DNA of 64,000 nt from Dendrobates tinctorius (Eukaryota). The position numbers and the translations under genes are program-made. The DNA is taken from the NCBI RefSeq assembly GCF_039654945.1, contig NW_027361844.1, positions 19,282,001-19,346,000 on the forward strand. The letters run 5' to 3'. This document shows, one piece after another, positions 36,826 to 49,616 of the stretch. How positions within the stretch are numbered: position 1 is the first letter of the stretch; the number at the start of each line of letters is the position of its first letter. The notes beneath the pieces are model-generated. The model was not told the origin of the DNA. It saw only the letters and a program-made list of their open reading frames with translations, and ran no database searches.

Positions 36826-39027
36826 CAATCAGTTAACCTGCTAGAGAGATCCTTCGTTGCTCCCAAGCATGACATCACACTCCCTAGGAAGAAGGTAATG
36901 CCACTGTGGCGACCGTACTCCTGGGGGCGACACAAGTGCACTGATGCCCAGCCACTGCTCGATGAATCTGCTGGTACATTGACCCAGACCACTACATTCC
37001 CCTCGCACGCTACACGACCTGAATCTGACCCTGATGAAACTCAGGTTACCCTTCCCATATACAGTTCCATCTTACACGGTGACAAAGAGGAAGCTGCAGA
37101 TGAAAGTGCAGGTTCGGCCCACCCGCCATCAGACACACCACCGTACTATCAGGGGCCCTGTGCCAGTGCCGTCGCCAATGAGTGGGCCCCCCCTGCTTGC
37201 TCAGGATCACAGCACTTGCAAAGTTGAAATACTGTGCAGTGAGATGGAAGATGGGGACGACGAGGAGTCCAGACAAGTACAGGGATTCCCTAGCGAGGAG
37301 ACTTATTTGATTGTTTTCAATGTTGGGACAGCAATTTTTGGGGAGCACTATACTCTGGAGAATGATAGATGGGGCCCACCATACACTGGAACATTCCAAA
37401 GGTGGACATCAGACACTGGAGCAGCATTTACAGGGCCCATTATACACTAGAGCATTAGAAATGGGGCCCATTATGTTTGGAGCATTATTTGGGCCCATAA
37501 GACAGTGGAGCTTCATCCATGGGGACCAACATATACTGTAGCATTATGTGGAGCTCATCATATACTGTTTCAAACATTATATGGGACCAATGATTTTGTA
37601 TGGAGAAATAGATGGGCCTCGTCATGAGATGTAAAAAGTGAGGTATTTTTCATTGTACTATACCGCTATTTCTCTGCCGTATCGGAGCATGATGAGTTGT
37701 GGTATTATGTGTTAAAGGGGCGCTCTTTCGCCCAGGGCACATGAAAATCTGCAGCCAGCCCTCCCCTCCACAACTTTAGCCAAATAACCCCCATTTTTCA
37801 GTGCATAACTTGTATTATGAAGTTAATTAAGGTTGACAAGCTTAAGTAAGAAGAATTGATGCTTTTGGCGTTCAAATGGGCACTGTAGGTGTGTTTCCTG
37901 TCCTCCTCTCACTGCCGACTTTTATTCCCCATTGACTTACATTGGGTTTCGTGTTTCGGGACGACCCAGGCTTTTCCCTATAATCGGACGATCTTGCTCG
38001 ACCCGACTTTTGGAAAAGTCGGGTTTCACGAAACGAAACGCGACCCTAAAAAAACAAAAGTCGCTCAACTCTAATGATTACTCCTACCAACACCAGGCAG
38101 GCAACATCTATCCCTGGCAACCACCCCATGGTACAGGTAGCCACACCAGCTGTACCCCAGCAGCAATTGCACCAGCTGCCACCACCTAGTCTTATGTGAA
38201 CCGGTCAGCAGGATAAGAGTGCCCTGAAGTGCTCCCCTGGAAGCAGCCAAGAAAACCAACTTCCAGAACCCCAGGAGGGGACAACTACTCATAACTAACT
38301 CTGTTACCCAGGAGGGTATTTGCACCGTTGTGCTTTAAAAGTTATGTTTAGTTTGTTTATCATGCTTTTGTTTTTCCAGTTGTTGCCCAGTTTTATTGGC
38401 AACGTTTTCATATTGGAACTGTGGAGATCATGGACACTGAATGATCCAGAACTTTATTGTAAATAGTCTGCACCTCTTTAGGTGCCCTTTCTTGGTTTTA
38501 CATAGGTCTTTTATGAATAGGGACTACTTCATCGTGGAGCATGGCTCCTATCAAAAGGACACTGCAAGAGATCCCGGCTGGGAGCGGTGTCCAGCACTTA
38601 CAAGAATTATTGTGAAGTATTTTATAATGTGCCTTATGACAGTATTAATAGAGAATAGCTTTTATATAGAACCTGGTTAATAGCCATGACTAATAGGAAC
38701 GTTTTAATAAGGAAATTTGAATAAAGATGAAGATAAAATGCAGGTGACGAACCAGGCATCCACGGTTGTCCCTTAGGGTTAATAAGAGAAAGCAGAAAAT
38801 GTGTAAGGAGAAGTGATAATGCTTGAAATAGCACTTTAAATTAGGTAGCATAACTTTAAAGATAGTTAGTTAAAATTGTTTGCAACGTTCAAGTGACAGT
38901 GCCTCTCATATTGAGAAGATTAGATAAGAACTGTTTGTTTTGCATTACAAAAATTTTGTATATTCCTGTATTTATCAACTTTTGTTTTCTTGCAGCCCGC
39001 GGACGTGCTGTGTTTAACGGGGGCGTA

Positions 39028-40336
39028 TGTAGCGCCCTTGAGGGTTCAGTCGCCACAGAGGTACTGCACCTCCTCCTGAGGTGTGGTACCCCATCATCCA
39101 GGTAAGGTGGAGACACCTGACCACGCTCCAACACCTGCACCCCACACCACAAAGTAGTGTAGCAAAGCACCTTCGGCGGCTCCCTGCTTAGAGTGTAGCA
39201 TAGCACCCCTTGGTGGCTCCCTGCTTGGAACACGAAACGTGCTGGGAGGTGGGTGGAGTTTAGTTCACATAAAAGAGCGGGAAGAGTTGAGTCAGTCAGT
39301 CTTTCATTCAGTCAGTGAGTGAGGATGTAGAAGGACAGAGAGTGAGAAAGAGAAGATCCCCGGGAGTGGGATGGAAGAAGGAAGTGCTGCAGCAGGCCAC
39401 AGTGATCTGGGTCTGCTGGCACAGGAAAGAGACAGAGAAAGGAAGCTTGATTCTCCATTGGGAAGAAGGATTAGCACGGAACGTAAGGAGTATAAGAGAA
39501 CAAGGACCAGGGTTAGAGGAGAACCCTTTTCAAGTTCTAAGAGCTATGCCGGGGTCCGGTCCTCGAGGTTGTATGGATACTAATGGTCCTGCAGCAGACA
39601 CCAGAGGAATAGAAGTAGTGACCACTTTATTCCCACACAAGACTTAGGGGCACAACAGCAACATATTAGTGAGCCGGGACTTGGTAGCAAGGAGTCCCCG
39701 AAGCAGGCTACAGCTGTCTGCCGTACAAGTAAAGTTCATAGGAACATCTGACAGGAGGAACTCCAGTGTAACTCAGTACTAGGAGTACTTCATTCAAAGG
39801 CGCTATAAGAGGAGACGTTCAGAAAAGGCACATACGTTGGCGGAGTGTTGGAAAGGAGTACTTCATCTTGCCTGGAAGTTGGCGGAGCTCCTGACCCGGA
39901 GGACACGGCACGGATGTGGGCACCTGTACCTGCAACAGACTGTGAGTAAAGCTTTGGAACTACATGCCCTGGTGTCCTCCACTTATTCCTGCGCCAACCT
40001 GCCCAGCACGGCTACATCCCTTGCACCTGACACTACACCATCTAAGTGTCACTTCACCTACACTGCCCTGGGACTACAGCCCTGCCTGTGGAGGGCTATA
40101 ACATCACTGCTGCACCACACCATCTGTCCCAGAGGATCTCTCTGCAGCGTTGGCTTACATCTCTATTGCCGAATACCACAGGTGGCGTTACAAATCACTC
40201 ATCATTAGCACACTGAACATTCCCCTTTTACAATGGGCACCCAGGGCCACGGGCCGGGTCCCAGCTGCCGTGATATCTCCCATTGAAGCTCAGCGGGCCC
40301 GGTACCGAGTACCCCACGCCCTGGGAGGGCGACCCA
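39028..40336 (+). repeat. 3' LTR (1309 bp)
   Basis: Direct repeat of 26533-27830 with scattered substitutions and a short indel near 39300. Confidence 0.93.
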
Positions 40337-41527
40337 GCAGCGTAACATAAACTCAGCCATGTGTGCCAGATTGCTAACAGACAAGATTTCCGTGTCCTCA
40401 CCAAGAGGACAACTGTCCATGCTCTCCTCCTTCTCTTCCTCCCTGTCCTCAGGCCATCCACTCTGAACAGACGATATGACAGTTGTGCAGGTAGTACCGT
40501 CTATAGCGCATGAAACTAGCTCCTGTTCTTCCTCCTCCTCTTCCTTATTTTCACCCAATCCACATAGAGATGAGATGAGGCTGGGCTGTGTGTAATCAAC
40601 CTGTGGGTTTATTGTGGCACAATTTCAGCTTGCCCATGGCCTCGGCCTCTGCATGCACCATCACATCCAGTTCCCCGTCCCTTGCTACGCGCCTTGCCCA
40701 TTTTAAATGGAGGACAATATTTTCCACATTCACTACAAATGGCTGAATTTGGAGCTAACTTATATGTGATTTGTATGACAGACAAACCACAGTTTTCAAT
40801 AGGTGGCCTGTAGGTAACTATTTTTACCAGCAAACTGGTGTCAACAACTTGGCTATCACACTGCAACAAAATTTAAAGGGAGAGCAGAAATGGCAAAATT
40901 TTGAGCGCACTTTTTATCTCTGATCCGTGTGACAGACAAACCAGAGTTTTCAATAGCTGGACTGTAAAAAAGTTATTCCTGGTCCCTGATACCTGGGGCT
41001 ATGTCTACAAATATCTGTAATAGCAGCAGCAGCAGACAGAACTGGAATGGACCCTCTTGCTATATGCACTGCAGTCTGCCACATACACTGCCTGCCTAGC
41101 ACTGATATCTAGACTAATAGTGGGATGGTGCGCACTCAGGTCCTATTTAGAAAAATAGGTGCTGGTGAATTGGACCACAAGGGCCCTAAACATACGTAGA
41201 AAAAATAATTCACCGCACTCAACAACTTGATACTTTGCAAAAAATCGTGAGTTTATTCAAAACGTCCAATCCAACAGAAAATGTGCCAAAAACAAGAAAT
41301 GTATAGGTACAGTCAAAATACCCGACGTTTCAATCCTCCCGGATCTTACTCATGAGTAGAGTTGAGCGATACCGTCCGATACTTCAAAGTATCGTATCGG
41401 ATGGTATCGGCCGATCTTTAAAAAAAGTATCGGTATCGCCGATTCCGATACCGGAAGTCCCATTCAAGTCTATGGGACTTCCAGTATCGGAATAAGAAAA
41501 ACCCTTTCCTGCCCTTGTACAGCCTCT

Positions 41528-41790
41528 CTGGGGTCTGTACGGGCCTTTCGGGGGGCTGTGCCGGCCTGCCAGGGGGTCTGTGCAGGCTCCGGTGGTCTGT
41601 GCCGGCCTGCCGGTGGTCTGTGCAGGCTCCGGGGGGCTGTGCCGGCCTGCCGGGGGGCTGTGCCGGCCTGCCGGGGGGCTGTGCCGGCCTGCCGGGGGGC
41701 TGTGCCGGCTCCGGGGGGCTGTGCCGGCCTGCCGGGGGGCTGTGCCGGCCTGCCGGGGGGCTGTGCAGGCTCCGGGGGTCTGTGCAGGCA
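41528..41790. repeat. 21-bp GC-rich minisatellite (mirrored at ~43810-44010)
   Basis: Unit GGGGGGCTGTGCCGGCCTGCC. Confidence 0.9.
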
Positions 41791-41934
41791 TCGTCCGATG
41801 GGACTACAAGTCCCATCGGGCGATGCCTGCTACCATGACAGTGATTGACACATTAGCCAATGATGGGACAGTAGTAGTCCCATCATCCGGCTAATGTGTT
41901 AAATGTAAAAAAAAAAAAAAAATAAAAAAAAAAT

Positions 41935-42500
41935 TACATGCTACATACATACAACATGCATACTACATACATGCTACATTCATACTACATACTACATACA
42001 TGCTACATACATACTACATATATACTACATGCATGCTACATACATACTGCATGCTACATACATACCACATACATACTACATACATACTACATATATACTA
42101 CATGCATGCTACATACATACTACATGCTACATACATACCACATACATACTACATATATACTACATGCATGCTACATACATACTACATGCTACATACATAC
42201 CACATATATACTACATACATACTACATATATACTGCATGCTACATACATACTACATATATACTACATGCATGCTACATACATACTACATGCTACATACAT
42301 ACCACATACATACTACATACATACTACATATATACTACATGCATGCTACATACATACTACATATATACTACATGCATGCTACATACATACTACATGCTAC
42401 ATGCATGCTACATACATACTACATACATACTACATGCTACATACATACCACATATATACTACATACATACAATACATTCATACAATACATACATAGACAT
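41935..42500. repeat. Complex TACA/TAC/TGCA-based simple repeat (mirrored at ~43105-43660)
   Basis: Direct reading. Confidence 0.9.
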
Positions 42501-43660
42501 ACAGTACATATAACATAGAGTAACATACTTACCAATACTTGTCACATTGTTCCCCGAAGCCATTGTCGTCTACGGAATAAATATTAACATAACAAACCAC
42601 AAAAATACTCACCCACGATCCGAAGCAGTCCACGAGTGTGTCCCACGACGATCTTGGGTAGAGAACTGCAGCATCAGATGATGCTGCCGTTCTCTACGGG
42701 CTGCAGGAATCCAATGACGGAAGGTAGGTATCCTTCCGCACTGTATTCCTCCGCCACTTAAAAAAAAAAAGTCCCTAGTCTCACTTTATGCCATTGCTGT
42801 GTGGGAATTTCCCACACAGCAATGGCATAAAGTGAGACTAGGGACTTTTTTTTTTAAGTGGCGGAGGAATACAGTGCGGAAGGATACCTACCTTCCGTCA
42901 TTGGATTCCTGCAGCCCGTAGAGAACGGCAGCATCATCTGATGCTGCAGTTCTCTACCCAAGATCGTCGTGGGACACACTCGTGGACTGCTTCGGATCGT
43001 GGGTGAGTATTTTTGTGGTTTGTTATGTTAATATTTATTCCGTAGACGACAATGGCTTCGGGGAACAATGTGACAAGTATTGGTAAGTATGTTACTCTAT
43101 GTTATATGTACTGTATGTCTATGTATGTATTGTATGAATGTATTGTATGTAGTATATATGTGGTATGTATGTAGCATGTAGTATGTATGTAGTATGTATG
43201 TAGCATGCATGTAGCATGTAGTATGTATGTAGCATGCATGTAGTATATATGTAGTATGTATGTAGCATGCATGTAGTATATATGTAGTATGTATGTAGCA
43301 TGTAGTATGTATGTAGCATGCATGTAGTATATATGTAGTATGTATGTAGCATGCAGTATATATGTAGTATGTATGTAGTATATATGTGGTATGTATGTAG
43401 CATGTAGTATGTATGTAGCATGCATGTAGTATATATGTAGTATGTATGTGGTATGTATGTAGCATGCAGTATGTATGTAGCATGCATGTAGTATGTATGT
43501 AGTATGTATGTAGCATGCAGTATGTATGTAGTATGTATGTAGTATATATGTAGTATGTATGTAGCATGCATGTAGTATGTATGTAGCATGTATGTAGTAT
43601 ATATGTAGTATGTATGTAGCATGTAGTATGTATGTAGCATGCATGTAGTATGTATGTAGT

Positions 43661-43695
<35 letters not shown>

Positions 43696-45124
43696 AACAC
43701 ATTAGCCGGATGATGGGACTACTACTGTCCCATCATTGGCTAATGTGTCAATCACTGTCATGGTAGCAGGCATCGCCCGATGGGACTTGTAGTCCCATCG
43801 GACGATGCTTGCACAGACCCCCGGACATCAGCACAGCCCCCCGGCAGGCCGGCACAGCCCCCCGGCAGGCCGGTACAGACCCCCACAGGGTGCACAGACC
43901 ACCGGCAGGCCGGCACAGCCCCCCGGCAGGCCGGTACAGACCCCGGGCAGTCCACACAGCCCCCCGGCAGGCCGGCACAGCCCCCCGGCAGGCCGGCAGA
44001 GACCCCCGGAAGGCCCGAAATGACGGCGCATCATGATGCGCACACACCGCGCATCATGATGACGTCAGGCCGTCAATCAACTGAACTTCCGATTCCGATG
44101 CCGAATTCCGATATTGAAAAAATATCGGAAGTCGGTATCGGAATTCCGATACAGCAAGTATCGGCCGATACCCGATACTTGCGGTATCGGAATGCTCAAC
44201 ACTACTCATGAGGTACACTAAAATACAAGAAAATATTGAAAGATAAATATACAAATATGTACAAGATATACACAAAAAATGAACCGATAGCCGACAGTAT
44301 ATATACGATGAATCCTATACAAACAAAATCCTTCATGAGGTAAGTCAGATCTGTAGGAATACAATGATATCATGTTCTTTGCCAGCTAAAGCATAATAAC
44401 TGGATTATAGTATAAAAGGGGGGGCAGAGGTAATGTGTGTGGGTTTGTCTCTGGGTCGCAACAGTCTAACTGGATTATAGTATAAAAGTTTAATAGAATT
44501 AGCATAAGGATGTTGAAAAACAGGAGACTCTGTTGATTTACCTTAGTAACCGTAATATCGGGCTTGAGGCACTTGGAAAGGATATAAGTCCACTTAATGT
44601 GGTCCCAGGTACTACAGGTGGAAGTATATAAATATATTAGTCGCTATATAGAGAAAAAGTATGGGGCAAGAAGGAATGGTCCATGGTATACCTGTTGTCT
44701 ACGTATATAGCTGAAAATGGCTCAAATGGCTGTCGCTGAATATTATCAGCTTGTAGGATAGAAGTACCATATAGTGGTCTTGGCTAGGTTGATAGAAAAA
44801 ACGGATTCATCTTAGGATCATATACGGTATCTATGCTGCTAGTAATATATACAAGAAACCAAGCCAACAGTATACCTTGTAGATAGGGAGTTTTAGCCTG
44901 AGGCTGTACTGGCCGTCATGTAGTGTTCTCCACCTGTGAAGTGAATGGCACGCTATGAAAAAAGCGTCCCAGTTGTCACAGTGGGGTGCATGTTGCACCT
45001 AAGTGCTGCAGGTTACCTGAGGGGTCCACTGGGTATGGTGCAGGCAGCAGGGTAAACACGGCGCTCCCGCACCCTGTCCTGTGTTGAATTGGAGGCTGTG
45101 CTGGTCTGATTCACAGCGGGTTTT

Positions 45125-46027
45125 ATGGTAAATGGCATCACGCTCTCTTCCGCACCTGAAATCCGCTGCCTCGGAGTAACTCTCGACTCTGCCCTGTCCT
45201 TGAAACCACACATCCAAACTCTTGCCACTTCCTGTCGCCTCCAACTCAAAAATATTTCCAGAATTCGTCCCTTCCTCAGCCCTCAATCTACTAAAACTCT
45301 TGTACATACCCTCATCATCTCCTGCCTTGACTACTGCAACACTCTCCTCTGTGGCTTCCCTGTTAACTATTGCACCACTCCAGTCTGTCCTCAACTCTGC
45401 TGCTTGACTAATCCACCTCTCTCCTCGCTACTCCCCTGTCTCTCCCCTCTGAAAATCCCTCCACTGGCTCCCAATTCACCAACAAATCCAGTTCAAACTA
45501 CTAACACTGACCTACAAAGCCATCCACAACCTATCCCCTCCCTATATCTCTCAGCTAATCTCCCAATATCTTCCCTCAAGTAATCTTCAATCCTCCCAAG
45601 ACCTCCTACTCCACACTTATTTGTTCCTCACACAACCGCCTCCAAGATTTCTCCCGAATATCCCCTATCCTCTGGAATTCCATGCCTCAACGCGTCCGAT
45701 TATCCACCACCCTCAGATCCTTCAAACGGAACCTGAAAACCCATCTTTTCAGGAAAGCTTACAGACTGCAATAACCATTCTGCCGCCTCACCACTGCCCA
45801 AGCTGCCACCTGAAAACCACCAGAACTGCTGCACCCCGACCTTCTGTCTCTTCCCCACCATCCCATAGAATGTAAGTCTGTAAGGACAGGGTCCTCTCCC
45901 CTCTGTACTAGTCTGTCATTGTAAATTTGTTTACTGTTAACGATATCTATAACTTTGTATGTTACCCCCTTCTCATGTACAGCACCGTGGAATTAATGGC
46001 GCTATATAAATAAGTAATAATAATAAT
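45125..46027 (+). mobile_element. L2 LINE 3' fragment (C-terminal ORF2 remnant plus tail)
   Basis: RCLGVTLDSALSLKPHI..LKNISRIRPFL..LIISCLDYCNTLL; tail TGGCGCTATATAAATAAGTAA(TAA)n. Confidence 0.88.
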
Positions 46028-46348
46028 ACATGTTACACATGCGATAAACATATCTTTGAAGCTTCAACCCTTTTAAACATTTGGAGGATACTTTCCTTTT
46101 TCTCTCCATATGCCAGTGCAATCTTTAAATGCTTGGACTATTGTATGTTTCATTTATTTCTTTCAGTGCTTTGTATTGTAATATACTGTATCTTGTTAAT
46201 AAAATAAAAAGATATTTTTTAAAAAGGATGTATGTCCCAACCTAATATGTGAATCTAATGATTCGTACTGATATTTGACTCCCATGAAGCTGTCTGCTTG
46301 GGTCACATTATACCTACAGTCAGTCGCAACGTTTGGCCTTTATGTGTG

Positions 46349-47334
46349 TGATGCGCCCCAGAGGCCTTGGGATACTCGGCACCAGGCCCGTTAACTTCAA
46401 TGGGAAATGTCACAGTGGCAGTGACCCGGTCCGTGGCCCCAGGCGGTCATGTAAAAGGGGTAGAATTGAATGGGGAATAAAGTTTATGCATTGATTCGTG
46501 ACGCCAGTTGGAGTGTTCGATTGTAGTATAGCCGGCACTCCAGATGATCCCTGGGGGAGTAGATGGTGATGGTAGTGCAGATGTTTAACCCTCTCGAACC
46601 AGGGCTGGCCCCCAGAGATTGTGATGGAAGTTGAAGGCATGGAGTAATAAGGCAGGAGACAAGGAAAGTCACTTTATCATTTACTGTAGTTCAGGTGCAG
46701 TTCAGAGGAGATATTACAACTCTCACCAGGTTACAGTCTGCTCTGGAGAATGGGAGTTATCCTTCTTTCTGCTTGTGACTCAGTGTAAGCTTCCTGCCAT
46801 GCTAATCCCTTCAGGGACCAAGGCTTCCCAGAGTTTAGAACTTCTAGCATAGCCTCTACTCAAGTCACTGTGTTTTCCTCCTCGGGCAACTTGCAGCTTG
46901 GCTCCTGTGTGAAGCTCTTCTTGCACAATCCTTCACTGATCCTAGTTTTTTTGCAGTCTTCACGGGGAAAACTCTCTGCTGGTGGTTGTATAAACTCACA
47001 CAGTCTCTCAGCTTACCATGCTGCTCTGAAAGCATGGATGGGCTAGGGGCTGATTCCCTGATGCTTCTCCTGGAGGGACCACATGTCATCATGGCTCCCA
47101 GGAGCGTTTTTCCTCCTTCTTCTTCACTGAAAAAACAAGTCTTGACTCCTCCCCCTCCCAGTTAGGGCATGTCTGCAAAGCTCTAAGCTTCAGACAAGGG
47201 AGTAAGGTAAATTGTGTGTGTGTGTGTGTGTTGCGGTCTCTAGCAGAGAAAGCATAACTCCCATTGCTCACAAAACACATACAAAACAGTACATATTTAA
47301 CCCTTTTGTGGCGGTAAAGTCGTAGGGTGCCACA
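46349..47334 (-). mobile_element. Solo LTR related to the LTRs of 26533-40336
   Basis: Reverse complement runs TGTGGCACCC...GGGCGCATCA. Its 3' ~170 bp aligns with 27660-27830. 4-bp TSD TGTG. Confidence 0.8.
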
Positions 47335-47636
47335 TGTGCACGGAAATGTGCCAGTATAATGTGTGTGTGTAAGGGGTGAGATATAATTACCTCCTTGCTT
47401 CCCTTCTTCTAATTGTCTTTTATCTGTTGATGTTTACATATGCTGATGTTGATACTGTCTATGATAAATGCTTGCGGTACTGCTACATAGAAATATGTAT
47501 TACCGCTCACATTTTTGGTACTGCCACATTTATATATGTGTTACACCATTCTTTGGAGAACTGTATCATGTTGTGTTTCTTAGTGTCATACTGTATATAA
47601 TGTAATGTGATGATGTGTACTGATGTTCATATACAG

Positions 47637-49420
47637 TGTAGGGTAACTAAAGTGCATCCTTTTGGGGACATTAGAGGAGGGCTGTTGTGAACTCATTTTC
47701 TGGTCTGCCTCTGGTTTCTGGTGGAGCTGGTTGTGCTGACAGAGGAGTTGTGAGGTCTCTTTCCGGGCTCCCTCTGGTGGTGGCAGGAGGTAGTGAAGCT
47801 GATCTAATTAACAGAGACCTGCCACCTAATAATGAGGAAAAATAGTGGACATCTGGAGTCTCAGACTGGATTTAAGACAGCCGACTCCCTATTCCCATGC
47901 TGGTGATTTTTTCCTGCCTCCTGAGGTCTTAGTTTCCAGCTCAGTTCCTGTCTTCTCAAGCTAAGTTGTCTTTGCTAATGTTCACATTTGATTTGGTTTG
48001 GTCTATTCAGTTTTTTTGTGTGGTCAGCCAGCCCCAGCTGCGGCTGTGCTGAATTTCCACTCTTATGTCACTGTATGTGCCAGTTTGCTTTTTGTCCCTT
48101 ATTAGATTGGCCTCTTTTTGCTCTGTTCTCAGAATATGCCTGAGTGCTGATATAGTGCTGATATAGTGGGAGAAGTCTAGTTTCTTCAGGGTATTTTTTG
48201 CTATCAGAAGTGTTGGACATTTTTGCAGGGTTTTTTTGGCGTGATTGCAGACAGTATCTTTCCTTTACTGTCCTTTCTAGCTAGTGTGGGCCCCATTGTT
48301 TGCTCAGCCTATTTTTTTACCTGTGTTCGTGTTTTCATCTTGTTTCACCGTCAATACATGTGTGGGGGCTGTCTATTCCTTTGGGGTCTGCTCTGGGGCA
48401 GTTTAGATTTCCTATTTTCTTGCTTTAGGCTTATTTAGTCCTCCGGCTGTGTCGAGGCATCTAGAATCATCGTAGGTACGCTCCACGGCTGCTGTTAGTT
48501 GTGTGGTTAGGATCAGGGGTCTGCAATCCACGTAGTTACCAACTTCTCTGGTTTTGTGTGACTTAGCTTGGTTTTGTTTTCCTCCTCAGTGACCCATTCA
48601 TAACAGAGGGCACTTTAGTATTATAGTTCTTATACATAGGGTAGGTGTAGTGCTGTTGTGGGCCACTAGATGGGGGCATACAAGTGGGCACTGTAGGTAT
48701 AGCTTATAGGATGTTTATAGAGGGTTAAGTGTAGGAGGGGCTGCCGGGTGGTAAGACAAGAGTGTCTAGGAAGTTAGGTCAGACGGGGCCAGGGTGCCCA
48801 AGTGTCCACATGGGCTATAGGCCCGGACAGCTTGGCAGCCACATAAGGTTAAATTGCTGCAGCCCACGTTACCCATGGCCACTTTGCATCATAGCAGTGG
48901 GCCAGAACAGGGAAGGAAAGATGTGGCGACTCATCGCCTGGGCGGATGCCTTTAGGGCAGGAGTCGGTTGGACTGAGGAGATGGAGGAAGTTGAAGCTTC
49001 GATGAGAATGGTACAGACGAGCCGGATGCTTTACCAGAGGCAACCAAACCTGGTGACTGATGATTTTGATTCTGGGGCGAAACAGGCAGAAGGAATTTTC
49101 ATCATGACAAGGTTAGGCCAGGAAGGAACTTGGGAGCAGCCTAGAACGGTCCGGTCCGGGCGTGTACTGCACAGAAGTGACAGCAAAGCAGGGAAAGATA
49201 AGGAAACAAGTGAATTCCATGATGTGCCAACTGTGGATGTAGCGTGTGAAGTATTAAGTAAAGAGAATGTTCAAGTTATTCTGGACTGTGTCTTCATTAC
49301 TGAGGGTCGCCTGAAAGAGGGACCGTCATCGCCTGGAAAGGTACGCTGAAAAGAAGAATACAGTTTTCTGTAGGGGAAGGCCTGTACATAGGTGCTTAAG
49401 TATCTTGGGTCACGACTACA
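47637..49420 (+). mobile_element. LTR-like element (TGTAG..CTACA) containing a nested solo LTR
   Basis: Inverted termini present; TSD not conserved. Confidence 0.4.
47683..48605 (+). mobile_element. Solo LTR
   Basis: TGTTGTGA...TCATAACA flanked by the direct repeat GAGGGC. Confidence 0.75.
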
Positions 49421-49616
49421 GTCCTGTCCTCCACTTACATGTGTGCGAAACTGGCCTTACAATGAAGATGAGGAGTTTAAGAGTGTGGAAGATGAACAGT
49501 TTACACTTACAGAATTATACAAAAATACCATGAAGCCATCTTCACTGTAAGGCCACCTCAAAGGACAACAGCACCCCCTATCCTACTATAAGCAAAAACG
49601 TTAAATTTTGTGTTAA

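Larger units (their letters stand above)
29201..38073 (+). mobile_element. Full-length hAT (BED-finger) DNA transposon, 8873 bp
   Basis: TIR TAGAGTTGAGCGA ... TCGCTCAACTCTA. Perfect 8-bp TSD ATGATTAC (29193-29200 and 38074-38081). Single long transposase ORF. Confidence 0.97.
26533..40336 (+). mobile_element. Non-autonomous LTR retrotransposon (Gypsy-like signals); ~2.3-kb internal region once the nested hAT is removed
   Basis: LTRs 26533-27830 and 39028-40336 (TG..CA). 4-bp TSD GCAG (26529-26532 and 40337-40340). PBS at 27834. Short purine run AACGGGGG before the 3' LTR. No RT/IN motifs seen. Confidence 0.93.
24944..41110 (-). mobile_element. Old, internally deleted hAT element, host of the LTR insertion (right boundary approximate)
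   Basis: Terminus TAGTGATGGGC at 24944. Transposase remnants on both sides of the LTR element join in frame as LAHMAEFMLRC|LSRDPH. Confidence 0.75.
41357..44204. mobile_element. Non-autonomous fold-back hAT element (2848 bp)
   Basis: TAGAGTTGAGCGAT ... ATGCTCAACACTA. 8-bp TSD CTCATGAG (41349-41356 and 44205-44212). Palindromic about position 42808. Confidence 0.93.

Noticed and set aside
41938-43700. His/Tyr/Thr-rich ORFs of 155-198 aa on both strands, and the adjacent GGLCRPA repeats
   Set aside because: Translations of stop-poor simple repeats inside the fold-back MITE.
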